Assembly: GCA_041287585.1 (NCBI GenBank)
Contig: JBGGNI010000213.1
Coordinates: forward strand, 7,250-71,249
Origin: Xanthobacteraceae bacterium
GTDB lineage: Bacteria > Pseudomonadota > Alphaproteobacteria > Rhizobiales > Xanthobacteraceae
Reading direction: 5' to 3'
Length of the DNA: 64,000 nucleotides
Positions 9,794 to 18,950 of the stretch are shown here, piece by piece (the first letter of the stretch is position 1; each line of letters starts with the position of its first letter). A program made the translations under genes and the position numbers. The notes under the pieces were generated by a model. It saw only the letters and a list, made by a program, of their open reading frames with translations. It was not told the DNA's origin and made no database searches.

Positions 9794-10768
9794 ATGAAGA
9801 TGAGGGACGTCCTTGCGGGTGCCGGCCTTGCCTGCGCCCTGGCTTTTAGCACTGCGGCTCTTGCCGAAACCTACCCCGACCGAGTGATCAAGATCGTCGC
9901 GCCGTTTCCTGCGGGCGGCGTCGTCGACGTGCTGGCCCGGGCCCTCGGGCGGGAATTGGGGAATTCCCTGGGCCAGCCGGTCGTTATCGAGAACCGCCCC
10001 GGCGCCGGCGGCAACATCGGAGCCGAATCCGTCGCCAAGTCTGCGCCGGACGGCTACACGCTGATGATGGCCTCGCCGGGCATCCTCAGCATCAACCAGT
10101 TTCTCTATAAGAAGATGCCGTTCGATCCGGAGACCGCCTTCGAGCCGATCTCGCTGGTCGCCGACATGCCGATGCTGGTGGTGTTGGGCAGCAAGAGCGA
10201 ATTTCAGACCTTGCAGGCCTTCATCGACGCCGCCAAGGCGAAGCCGGACACCATCAATTTCGGTTCCGCCGGCTATGGAACGACCGGCCATCTGGGCATG
10301 GAACTGCTGTCCTATACGGCGGGAATCCAGCTCCGCCATACGCCGTACAAGGGCGCAGCTCCGGCGGTGAACGACCTGCTCGGCGGCCACATCGACGGCG
10401 TGGTGGACAATCCTCCGACGGTGATGTCGCATATCCATTCCGGGGCGCTTCGCGCCTTGGCCGTGGCCGGCGACACACGGCTGCCGGCCTTGCCGAATGT
10501 TCCAACGTCGGCGGAAGCCGGCCTGCCCGCGTGGCGCGTATCGTCCTGGTTCGGTCTCGTCGCTCCGGCCAAGACGCCGCCGGCGATCGTCAAGCAGCTG
10601 TATGAGGAAGTCCGCAAGGCCATCGCGCAGCCGGCGATGATCAAGCTTAGCACCGATATGGGGCTTGTGCTGGTGGGCGGAACGCCGGCGCAGTTCGACG
10701 CCCTGGCCAAGGAAGAGCGCATGAAATGGCGCGATATCGTCGCCACGGCAAAGATCTCGCTCGACTGA
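9794..10768 (+). CDS. Bug/TctC family tripartite tricarboxylate transporter substrate-binding protein
   Basis: Signal peptide; YPDRVIKIVAPFPAGGVVD, VVIENRPGAGGNIG, APDGYTL, HTPYKGAAPA, LPNVPT, WFGLVAPAKTP. Confidence 0.93.
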   Translation: MKMRDVLAGAGLACALAFSTAALAETYPDRVIKIVAPFPAGGVVDVLARALGRELGNSLGQPVVIENRPGAGGNIGAESVAKSAPDGYTLMMASPGILSINQFLYKKMPFDPETAFEPISLVADMPMLVVLGSKSEFQTLQAFIDAAKAKPDTINFGSAGYGTTGHLGMELLSYTAGIQLRHTPYKGAAPAVNDLLGGHIDGVVDNPPTVMSHIHSGALRALAVAGDTRLPALPNVPTSAEAGLPAWRVSSWFGLVAPAKTPPAIVKQLYEEVRKAIAQPAMIKLSTDMGLVLVGGTPAQFDALAKEERMKWRDIVATAKISLD

Positions 10769-10792
10769 CGCGGGGCCGGCCGAGCGGGGGGC

Positions 10793-11701
10793 TCAATCCA
10801 GCCGGTAGCCCCCCTCGACGAACGGGAAGAAGGACTGAGCCTTTTTCACCCGCTCGCTCGGGCCCGACATCAGACCCCAGTGGTCCAGGCGGCCAGGCGG
10901 CCAGCGCCACGCGTCCGGGCGGCGGATCGGGTAGCTGTCGTCGATCTGCGCGACTTCGGTCGTGTATTCGAGCGGCAGTTCGCCCGGACCGCAGAAATAA
11001 GCGAACACGTTGTTACCCGGCCCGTGGCGGCCGGGCCCCCACTCCACCCGATGACCATGATCGCGCATGCGCCCGATGCCCAGCATCAAAGATTCGGTAT
11101 CGGGAACTTCGAACGCGATGTGGTTGAGCAGGGCGTTGCCGGAAAACCCGAGGACGATGCTGTGATGGTCCGTACCGCACCGCAGAAAGCGGAACATCGG
11201 CGTCTGGTCGGAGAGCCGGAAGCCGAGCACCTCCGTCATGAAGCGGTAGGTGGCGTCGTTGTCCGCGCAGTTCAGGTTCACATGGGCAAGCTTGGTGGGG
11301 CGATCGTGAACCGTCCCGTGGTCGGCGTGCCGCTCCATGCCATGGACAAGGCTGAAATTGCGGCGTTCCGGATCGGCGAAGCCGAAGCCGTAGCCGCCGC
11401 CCGGGCCGGTGAGCGCGCGCGGCACACCGTCGACGCTGTGGCCGGAGGCGACCACGCGCTCATAGGCGCGATCGACCGCTGCGCGGGACATGGCCTCCAA
11501 CCGAATGCGGACAAGTCCGCTCCGCCCGGCCTGGCGCAGGCTCAGAACACTGAACGGTGCGGCGCTGGCGCGGAAATGAACCCGTCCGTCCGCCTCGGAG
11601 ACCACACCGAGACGCCACGCCTGCTCGAAAAACCGTCGCGCCTCCGCGAGGTCGGTCACGGCCAGATCAACCGCCTCTACGGATCGTACAATATCGCTCA
11701 T
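10793..11701 (-). CDS. VOC-family protein, type I extradiol ring-cleavage dioxygenase-like
   Basis: Two VOC domains; C-terminal domain has KLAHVNL, DHHSI, LNHIAFE, WGPGRHGPGNNVFAYF...LEY (2-His-1-Glu metal site). Confidence 0.8.
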   Translation of the reverse strand: MSDIVRSVEAVDLAVTDLAEARRFFEQAWRLGVVSEADGRVHFRASAAPFSVLSLRQAGRSGLVRIRLEAMSRAAVDRAYERVVASGHSVDGVPRALTGPGGGYGFGFADPERRNFSLVHGMERHADHGTVHDRPTKLAHVNLNCADNDATYRFMTEVLGFRLSDQTPMFRFLRCGTDHHSIVLGFSGNALLNHIAFEVPDTESLMLGIGRMRDHGHRVEWGPGRHGPGNNVFAYFCGPGELPLEYTTEVAQIDDSYPIRRPDAWRWPPGRLDHWGLMSGPSERVKKAQSFFPFVEGGYRLD

Positions 11702-11817
11702 TATTTTCGTACTCCGGGATTCTCCAGGTGCTCATAATACAATACACAAAAACAGTCAATATTAAATCGTATGATTATTTTCAACAAATGCTTCAACATC
11801 TCACCGGATGACCAGAT

Positions 11818-12825
11818 ATGATCAGTAACGCGATATCCGATGAATACGTATTGTCAGATTTTTCACTCGAAAGCGGCGATATATTTCAAGATTTGCGCCT
11901 GAACTACATGACGCTGGGCACACCGCAACGGGATGCCAGCGGGCGGATCCGGAATGCGGTCCTGCTGCTTCACAACACCACGGGCAGCAGCCGCGAGTGG
12001 TTCTCACAGGCCCTGGCCGGCGAATTATTCGGCGAGGGGCAGGCATTGGATGCCGGGCGCTATTTCCTGATCCTGCCGGACGCGATCGGCTTCGGCGGCT
12101 CCAGCAAGCCGAGCGATGGCTTGCGGGCGCGGTTTCCCCGCTATCGCTATCACGACATCGTGGTGGCACAGCACCGGCTGCTGACGGAGAAGCTGGGCGT
12201 CGACCATCTCCACATGATCGTGGGCCTTTCGATGGGCGGCATGCTGGGCTGGCTGTGGGCCGGGCTGTTTCCGGACTTCATGGATGCGCTTGTGGCGATC
12301 GCCTGTCAGCCGGGCCCGATGAGCGGGCGCAACTGGCTGCAACGCCGAATGCAGATCGAGCTGATCCGCAATGATCCGGGCTGGCACGGCGGCGATTATC
12401 ACGCGCAGCCGAGCTACTACACGCGGGCGCCGTTCGGCGCTCTGATGATCGCGAGCGCGGTGGAGTTGCAGAAACTTGCGCCGACGCGGCAGGCAGCCGA
12501 CGCGCTTTACGCCCGCTTGTGCGAGCGCGCCCGGACGGGCGATGCCAATGATCGCCTGTATCAGCTCGAAGCATCGATGGACTACGACCCGACGCCGTAC
12601 CTCGAGCGGATCAAGGCCCGTGTCCTCGCGCTCAATTTTGCCGATGACGAGCTGAATCCGGCCGAACTCGGCACACTGGACGCCGGCATTGCGCGGGTGA
12701 ATGACGCCCGTGCGGTGCTGCTGCCGGCCGGGCCGAACGCCAGGGGGCATCACTCGGCCCTCCATGCCGCGCTTTGGAGAGCCGAGCTGGAGGCCTTCGT
12801 CGATGAGGTGACCGCGCGAGGCTGA
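11818..12825 (+). CDS. Alpha/beta hydrolase, homoserine acetyltransferase-like family
   Basis: NAVLLLH, PDAIGFGGSSKPSDG, GLSMGG nucleophile elbow, DDELNP acid, GHH catalytic His region. Confidence 0.85.
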   Translation: MISNAISDEYVLSDFSLESGDIFQDLRLNYMTLGTPQRDASGRIRNAVLLLHNTTGSSREWFSQALAGELFGEGQALDAGRYFLILPDAIGFGGSSKPSDGLRARFPRYRYHDIVVAQHRLLTEKLGVDHLHMIVGLSMGGMLGWLWAGLFPDFMDALVAIACQPGPMSGRNWLQRRMQIELIRNDPGWHGGDYHAQPSYYTRAPFGALMIASAVELQKLAPTRQAADALYARLCERARTGDANDRLYQLEASMDYDPTPYLERIKARVLALNFADDELNPAELGTLDAGIARVNDARAVLLPAGPNARGHHSALHAALWRAELEAFVDEVTARG

Positions 12826-12861
12826 TCGGTAGCGATCGCCGCATCGGCCGGCAGTGACGTC

Positions 12862-14394
12862 TCACGGCGTCGACGCAGGAACCAGGTACGTCGCCAAGTG
12901 TGCGTCCAGAGCGGCCATCGTGGCGCGGTCGGCCGGAGCCGCGCGGAACCCGATGAAGCCGTCGGGCCGAACCAGCACGGCGCCGCCATCCGGCACGCCG
13001 GCCTCGGCCGCGTCGACATCCTCGCTCGGCGCCTCCACGACCGAAACCAGCCCGCTCCAGCGCGCCCGGAAGGTATCGAGGCCGGGCGCGCCGCCGAAGA
13101 CGATCAGATGGTGGGTCGGGCCACGAAGACGATGGCGCGCCGGGAAGCGGTCGCCCGGTGAAACGCCCGTGCCATCGTCGCCCGCCCTGTTCACACCCGC
13201 TTGGCCGACCAGCGCGCTGCCCGCATAGGATACGTCGAGCATTGAGCGACGGCGCATCGTCGCCAGGCTCTGCGCCGGATCCGCCGCCGGCAGCATCGGC
13301 ATGCCGCCGTCCGCGCACTTCGCGATCAGATCCATCACGAAACCATGGATTTCGTCGGACACCTCAAGCACATGGCGGTCCGCCGCGCCGCGCTCGATCG
13401 CATAGCTGTCGAGCAGCGAAGGCCTGGCCGCGCCGCGCACCACCAGAGCGAGCTTCCAGGCGATATCGGCGGCGTCCATGAACGCCGCATTGATGCCCTC
13501 CCCGCCGAGCGGGCTGGACAGGTGCCCGGCATCGCCCAGCAGAAAGCGGCGTCCGTCGCCCAGGCGCACCGAGGCCCGCTTGTGCATCTTGAAATACGAC
13601 ACCCATCGCAGATCGTGCAAACCGGCATCGACGCCGGCGCGGGCGTCGAGCGCCGCGCTCAATTCGGCGGCCACCGGGAGTTCCGGCCGAGTATCGGCGG
13701 CGTCGCGATCCACGAAGATGAGCCACCGCTGGTCCGGCAGCGGCGAGAGCAGCGCAAGCCCGGCCGGGCCGACGATGACGCGGCCGCATTCGGGTGGACA
13801 GGGCAGGCGGAGCTTGACGTCGGCGACGATGTAACGGCCGTCATAGGTGCCGCCGGCCAAGTGCTCCTGCATGGAATGGCGGGTCACGCTGTGCGCACCG
13901 CCCGCGCCCAATATGTATGCCGCTGTCATCACCTGCGTTTCGCCGTCGGCATTGAGCGTCACGCGCAGGCCGTCCTGGTCGTCCTCGATCGCGGTCACAT
14001 CGGTGCCGAACTCGATGCGCACGCCGAGGCTCTCCAGATGGTCACGCAGGATCGCCTCGGTGCGCCACTGCGGCAGGCTGCATTGGAACTCGTATTTGCA
14101 GCCGATCCCCGCGAATTTTGAGAGCGCGAGTTCCTGCAACCCCGGACCGAGCAACTGAACCTGCCTTATGTGCACGCCCGCACGCAGAAACGGCTCGATC
14201 AGGCCGCCGCGGTCGATCATTTCCAGCACGGCGGGCTGCAAAGCGGTGCCGCGCGTCTCGTGGTGCGGCGCGAGCCGGCGTTCCACGATGCGCGGCGTGA
14301 CGCCATGGCGGACAAGTTCGCACGCCGCGAACAGCCCGGCCGGACCGCTCCCCACGATGAGGACGGCCGGCTGAGCTGCGGTCTCGTTTTTCAT
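12862..14394 (-). CDS. FAD-dependent monooxygenase (PheA/TfdB/aromatic hydroxylase family)
   Basis: VLIVGSGPAGL, FLLGDAGHLSSPLGGEGIN, LAWKLA-like IAWKLA, LLDSYAIER, C-terminal VLVRPDGFIG. Confidence 0.9.
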   Translation of the reverse strand: MKNETAAQPAVLIVGSGPAGLFAACELVRHGVTPRIVERRLAPHHETRGTALQPAVLEMIDRGGLIEPFLRAGVHIRQVQLLGPGLQELALSKFAGIGCKYEFQCSLPQWRTEAILRDHLESLGVRIEFGTDVTAIEDDQDGLRVTLNADGETQVMTAAYILGAGGAHSVTRHSMQEHLAGGTYDGRYIVADVKLRLPCPPECGRVIVGPAGLALLSPLPDQRWLIFVDRDAADTRPELPVAAELSAALDARAGVDAGLHDLRWVSYFKMHKRASVRLGDGRRFLLGDAGHLSSPLGGEGINAAFMDAADIAWKLALVVRGAARPSLLDSYAIERGAADRHVLEVSDEIHGFVMDLIAKCADGGMPMLPAADPAQSLATMRRRSMLDVSYAGSALVGQAGVNRAGDDGTGVSPGDRFPARHRLRGPTHHLIVFGGAPGLDTFRARWSGLVSVVEAPSEDVDAAEAGVPDGGAVLVRPDGFIGFRAAPADRATMAALDAHLATYLVPASTP

Positions 14395-14479
14395 GGGATG
14401 AACTCCGTTCGATCCTGCGCTCACGGCCCTGCGATCGGCCGGCACCTTAGTGTCAGGTCGCTACCGCCTCAAGCGGGTG

Positions 14480-15100
14480 CTAGGTAACCGTCATAGTCCA
14501 CACGAGGTCCGCCCTGCTGCTGTCGGCGTTGACGAGATCGACGTTGGGCAAGTCGTTGCCATCCACCCATGAACGGGCAGCCTCGTCCGAGCGGCCGAGA
14601 TCGGTCCAGCGTTTCAACAGACGGCGCTCCAGTTCCGGCCGCGGCACCTCGATGAAGACGGTGGCATCGAAATGCCGACGCAGGGCCGACCAGGGCTCAC
14701 GCCGAAGCGCCAGGTAATTCCCTTCGACGATCAGGTATTTGACATCGGTGCCGATCAGGACGGCCCCGTTTCGGGAAACATCGAGCTCGCGATCGAACAC
14801 CGGCACGACGACATCGGCCTCCCGCTCTCCGAGGCGCCGCAAGACGACATCGAGCCCTGCGACATCAAACGTGTCGGGCGCCCCCTTGCGGTTCCGACGG
14901 CCGATCTTGTCGAGCAAGCGATTGTCGAAATGAAAACCGTCGGCCTGAACGATGGCGGCCTCGGCCGGCAGTCGCGTGGCGAGCGCCGCTGACAAAGACG
15001 ATTTGCCGGCTCCCGGCGGCCCCGCGACGGCAACGATGAAGCGCTGCGCGTCCCGCGACCGGTCCGCTATCGCGGCTGCCAAATCTTCAACGGCAATCAT
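14480..15100 (-). CDS. P-loop kinase, YggC/FrcK-like (pantothenate/uridine kinase superfamily)
   Basis: AGPPGAGKS Walker A; DGFHFDN; RKGAPDTFD; VPVFDR; IVEGNYL; NDLPN. Confidence 0.8.
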   Translation of the reverse strand: MIAVEDLAAAIADRSRDAQRFIVAVAGPPGAGKSSLSAALATRLPAEAAIVQADGFHFDNRLLDKIGRRNRKGAPDTFDVAGLDVVLRRLGEREADVVVPVFDRELDVSRNGAVLIGTDVKYLIVEGNYLALRREPWSALRRHFDATVFIEVPRPELERRLLKRWTDLGRSDEAARSWVDGNDLPNVDLVNADSSRADLVWTMTVT

Positions 15101-15195
15101 GTCCCGCTCCGCCTCCGCCCCGTTCGGCGGCCCACCATTCTACAGCATCGTCGGTGGACGCTTAACCGGCGCAGAGGCTTGCCATGACTCGTCAT

Positions 15196-15240
15196 CTGGT
15201 ATAATCACCATCTCAATATATGAGTGGACGTGCAGTCCAC
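15196..15240. promoter_or_regulatory. Putative operator CTGGTATAAT plus adjacent inverted repeats upstream of the RLP operon
   Basis: CTGGTATAAT at 15196-15205 recurs exactly as reverse complement ATTATACCAG at 29197-29206; CTCA-ATATA-TGAG and GTGGAC-N5-GTCCAC follow. Confidence 0.55.
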
Positions 15241-15337
15241 CTTCAATGGAAACGCATCGAGGGTCCGATCTCCGCTTGCCGTGGCAGCTTGAGGCTGCCC
15301 CGCATGCTCGGCCCCGTGAACCGAGCATGGAACGCGC

Positions 15338-16603
15338 ATGGCCGAGCCCGCCCGCATTGAAGCCGACTATCTCATCGAGACCGCGTTCGATCCGCGCGCG
15401 GCCGCCGAAGCCATGGCCGGCGAACAATCGAGCGGAACCTTCGTCGCGATTCCGGGCGAGACGCCGGAACTGAAGGAACGCTCCGCCGCGCGCATCGAGG
15501 CTCTGGAGCTTGTCGAGACCGTCGCCGCGCCGTCCTTGCCCGGCGCCGGCCGCCCCAAAGGCGGCGACACCGTCATTCGCCGCGCCCGCGTCACGCTGTC
15601 CTGGCCGATCGACAATGTCGGGCCGTCACTGCCCAACCTGGTCGCCACCGTGGCGGGAAACCTGTTCGAGCTGAAGCAGTTCTCCGGCCTGCGCCTGCTC
15701 GACATGCGCCTGCCGGCGGTGTTCGCGGACGCCTATGCCGGCCCCAAATTCGGCATTGCCGGCACCCGCGCGCTCGCCGGCGTGGAGCGCCAGCCGATCA
15801 TCGGCACCATCGTCAAGCCGAGCGTCGGGTTTGGCCCGCAAGAGACCGCGGACCTGACGAAGCTGCTGTGCGAGGCCGGCATCGACTTCATCAAGGACGA
15901 CGAATTGCAGTCGGACGGCCCGCACTGCCGGTTCGACGAGCGGGTGCGCGCGGTGATGCGCGTCGTCAACCGGCATGCCGACCGCACCGGCAAGAAGGTG
16001 ATGTTCGCCTTCAACCTCACCGGCGAGATCGACCAGATGCGCCGCCGCCACGATCTGGTGCTGGAGCAGGGCGGCACCTGCGTCATGGCGAGCCTCAATT
16101 CGGTCGGGCTCGTCGGCATGATCGAGCTCGGCCGCTTCGCGCAGCTGCCGATCCACGCCCACCGCAACGGCTGGGGCTACCTGTCCCGCGCGCCGATGCT
16201 CGGCTGGTCCTATGTCGCCTGGCAGAAGATGTGGCGGCTGGCCGGGGCCGACCATCTGCACGTCAACGGCCTGTCCAACAAGTTTTCGGAAGCCGACGAC
16301 AGCGTCATCGCCTCGGCGCGCGAATGCCTCACCCCGATGTTCGCGCACAAGCCCTGCATCGCCATGCCGGTGTTCTCCTCCGGCCAGTCCGCCAGGCAGG
16401 CGCCCGGCACCTATGCCGCGCTCGGCACCGCCGATCTCATCTTCGCGGCCGGCGGCGGCATCATGGCTCATCCGGACGGACCGGCGGCCGGCGTCGCCAG
16501 CCTGCGCGAGGCCTGGGAGGCGGCAATGGCCGATGTTCCGCTCGCCGACTATGCCAAGGACCACGCGGCGCTCGCCCGCGCGCTGGAGACCTACGCGGCA
16601 TGA
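15338..16603 (+). CDS. RuBisCO-like protein (form IV), 3-oxo-isoapionate-4-phosphate transcarboxylase/decarboxylase (OiaT/OiaX family)
   Basis: AGEQSSGT, VAGNLFE, GTIVKPSVG, IDFIKDDE, IHAHRNG, HLHVNGLSNKF, PVFSSGQ, GGGIMAHPDG; operonic with DUF1537 kinase and ApnO. Confidence 0.88.
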   Translation: MAEPARIEADYLIETAFDPRAAAEAMAGEQSSGTFVAIPGETPELKERSAARIEALELVETVAAPSLPGAGRPKGGDTVIRRARVTLSWPIDNVGPSLPNLVATVAGNLFELKQFSGLRLLDMRLPAVFADAYAGPKFGIAGTRALAGVERQPIIGTIVKPSVGFGPQETADLTKLLCEAGIDFIKDDELQSDGPHCRFDERVRAVMRVVNRHADRTGKKVMFAFNLTGEIDQMRRRHDLVLEQGGTCVMASLNSVGLVGMIELGRFAQLPIHAHRNGWGYLSRAPMLGWSYVAWQKMWRLAGADHLHVNGLSNKFSEADDSVIASARECLTPMFAHKPCIAMPVFSSGQSARQAPGTYAALGTADLIFAAGGGIMAHPDGPAAGVASLREAWEAAMADVPLADYAKDHAALARALETYAA

Positions 16604-17988
16604 GCGCCGGCGGCACCGCAGGGCGGCCACTGCCGGAGGGCCGGGTGCTCGCCTTCTATGGCGACGACTACACCGGCTCGTCGGCGGTGATGGAGGTGCT
16701 GAGCTTCGCCGGCATCCCGACCGTGCTGTTCCTCGGTACCCCGACGCCGGCGCAGTTGGCGCGGTTTCCCCAGATGCGCGCGGTCGGCATCGCCGGGGTC
16801 GCGCGCTCCAAGCCACCGGAGTGGATGGACGCGAACCTGCCGCCCATCTATGCGGCACTGGCCGGGCTTCGGGCGCCGATCACCCATTACAAGGTGTGCT
16901 CAACCTTCGATTCGGCGCCGCATGTCGGCTCCATCGGCCGCGCCGTGGAACTGGCCGAGCCGATGCTCGGCGGCGCCTGGCACCCGCTGGTGGTCGGTGC
17001 ACCGGCCATCGCTCGCTACCAGGCCTTCGGCAATATGTTCGCCGGCATCGCCGGCACCGGCTATCGGCTCGACCGCCATCCGGTGATGTCCCGCCACCCG
17101 GTGACGCCGATGGCGGAGGCCGATGTGCGGCTGCACCTCGCCCGGCAGACCGAGCTGCCGATCGGCCTGGTCGACTTCGTTGCCATGAAGGCGGGCGAGG
17201 CCGATGCACGGCTGGAGCGCGAGCGCGATGCCGGCGCCCGCATCCTGGCGCTCGACGTGCTGGACGACGAGACGCTGGCGGAAGCCGGCCGGCTGATCTG
17301 GGAGCATGGCGGGGAAAAGCTGTTCGCCATCGGCTCGCAGGGCGTCGAATATGCGCTGGTGGCGCACTGGCGCCGCGCCGGACTGCTGGCACAGAGCGGA
17401 CAAGCCGCCAGGGCCGCGCCGCGCGATCAGATCGCGGTGGTCTCCGGCTCCTGCTCGCCGATCACCGCCGGGCAGATCGCCTTCGCGCTCGACCATGGCT
17501 TCAATGGCATCCGGCTCGATGCCGCCCGCGCCGTGGATGCCGCCGCCTGGAGCGCCGAGCTGGAGCGCGGCACGGCGCAGGCGCTGCGCACGTTGAGCGA
17601 GGGGCACGATCCGCTGGTGTTCACCGCCGCCGGCCCCGACGACGACGCCGTGCCGGCACTCAACGAGGCGGTTGCGGCCAGCGGCGCGGATGCCGGCGCG
17701 GTGAATGCCCGCATCGGCGACGGTCTCGGCCAGGTCCTGGACCGGGTGGTGCGCACCGCCGGGCTGAAGCGGGCGGTGATTTCCGGCGGCGACACCTCCG
17801 GCCATGCCGGCATGGTGCTCGGCATCTACGCGGTCACGGCGCTGGCGCCGCTGGCGCCCGGCTCGCCGCTCTGCCGCGGCTTTGCCGACGACGCCCATGA
17901 CGGGTTGGAGATCGCATTCAAGGGCGGCCAGATGGGCGCGCCCGACTTCTTCTGCGCCGCCAAGATGGGCGGCACTAAGAACCACTAA
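16600..17988 (+). CDS. oiaK: Four-carbon acid-sugar kinase (DUF1537 family), 3-oxo-isoapionate kinase
   Basis: ATGA overlap with RLP; FYGDDYTGS, HYKVCSTFDS, RLDRHPVMSRHPVTPM, SGSCSP, SGGDTSG, KGGQMG. Confidence 0.85.
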   Translation: MSAGGTAGRPLPEGRVLAFYGDDYTGSSAVMEVLSFAGIPTVLFLGTPTPAQLARFPQMRAVGIAGVARSKPPEWMDANLPPIYAALAGLRAPITHYKVCSTFDSAPHVGSIGRAVELAEPMLGGAWHPLVVGAPAIARYQAFGNMFAGIAGTGYRLDRHPVMSRHPVTPMAEADVRLHLARQTELPIGLVDFVAMKAGEADARLERERDAGARILALDVLDDETLAEAGRLIWEHGGEKLFAIGSQGVEYALVAHWRRAGLLAQSGQAARAAPRDQIAVVSGSCSPITAGQIAFALDHGFNGIRLDAARAVDAAAWSAELERGTAQALRTLSEGHDPLVFTAAGPDDDAVPALNEAVAASGADAGAVNARIGDGLGQVLDRVVRTAGLKRAVISGGDTSGHAGMVLGIYAVTALAPLAPGSPLCRGFADDAHDGLEIAFKGGQMGAPDFFCAAKMGGTKNH

Positions 17989-18011
17989 CGAAAGGCAAGG
18001 GAGTACCGGAC

Positions 18012-18863
18012 ATGAAAAAGATCGCTTTGCTGGGGGCCGGCGGCAAGATGGGCGTGCGCCTCGCCACCAATCTTCAGGGCTCGCCCTATGAGGTGATGCA
18101 TGTGGAGCCCTCGCTCGAAGGGCGCGCACGGCTGAAGGAAAAGACCGGGCTCGACTGCGTCGACGGCGACAACGCGCTCGCCGATGCCGACGCCGTGCTG
18201 ATGGCGGTGCCGGACCGGATGATCGGCAAGATCGCCCACACCTTCATCGAGAAGGTGCGGCCGGGCACGGCCATCATCATGCTGGACGCCGCCGCCCCGC
18301 ATGCCGGCGAACTGCCGAAGCGGGCGGACGTTACCTATTTCGTCACCCATCCCTGCCACCCGCCGATCTTCAACGACGAGGTGACGGAAGCGGCCAAGAA
18401 GGACTTCTTCGGCGGCGTGCACGCCAAGCAGCACATCGTCTGCGCCCTGATGCAGGGGCCGGACGAGCACTATGCCGCCTGCGAGCAGATCGCCCGCACC
18501 ATCTACAAGCCGGTGATGCGCGCGCACCGCTGCACGGTGGAGCAGATCGCCATCATGGAGCCGGCGCTGGCCGAGACCATCGGCGCCACGCTCTGCCTCG
18601 CCTTGCGCGAGGCGACCGACGAGGCGGTGCGCCGCGGCGTGCCGCGCCAGGCGGCGACCGACTTCCTGCTCGGGCACCTCACCATCGAGCTCGCCATCGC
18701 CTTCGAGATCTTCCCGGAAGGCAAGTTCTCCGACGGCGCGCTCTATGCCATCGACCAGGCCCGCCCGGAGATTTTCCGCGAGGGCTGGCTGGAGCGCATC
18801 TTCGATCCCAAGGCCGTGCAGCGTTCGGTCGAGGAAATCTGCAATCCGCCCAAGGCGGCCTGA
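18012..18863 (+). CDS. apnO: D-apionate oxidoisomerase
   Basis: KIALLGAGGKMG, AVPD, LDAAAPHAG, THPCHPPIF, FFGGVHAKQHIVCALMQGP, FLLGHL, FSDGA; context. Confidence 0.85.
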   Translation: MKKIALLGAGGKMGVRLATNLQGSPYEVMHVEPSLEGRARLKEKTGLDCVDGDNALADADAVLMAVPDRMIGKIAHTFIEKVRPGTAIIMLDAAAPHAGELPKRADVTYFVTHPCHPPIFNDEVTEAAKKDFFGGVHAKQHIVCALMQGPDEHYAACEQIARTIYKPVMRAHRCTVEQIAIMEPALAETIGATLCLALREATDEAVRRGVPRQAATDFLLGHLTIELAIAFEIFPEGKFSDGALYAIDQARPEIFREGWLERIFDPKAVQRSVEEICNPPKAA

Positions 18864-18871
18864 TGCCCGCG

Positions 18872-18894
18872 CGGAGGCGGCCCGCCCGCCTCCG
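18872..18894 (+). other. GC-rich stem-loop between apnO and dctP
   Basis: CGGAGGCGG-CCCGC-CCGCCTCCG, 9-bp perfect stem, no U tract. Confidence 0.55.
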
Positions 18895-18950
18895 TTCACC
18901 GCCGAAGAGCCGAACGGCCGCGGCCCAACATTCCCTTTGGAGGAAACCCC

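Noticed and set aside
11818-12825. Methionine-biosynthetic MetX
   Set aside because: Lacks the typical HALTG/HALSG and GHDAFL signatures; no met genes nearby
15868-16599. N-terminal extension making a 706-aa kinase (possible RLP-kinase fusion)
   Set aside because: Off-frame overlap with the RLP; the kinase starts at ATG 16600 with an ATGA overlap
15338-16603. True RuBisCO / CO2 fixation
   Set aside because: About 421 aa, KPSVG instead of KPKLG, no small subunit, phosphoribulokinase or cbb genes; the neighbours are apionate catabolic genes, so this is a form IV RLP
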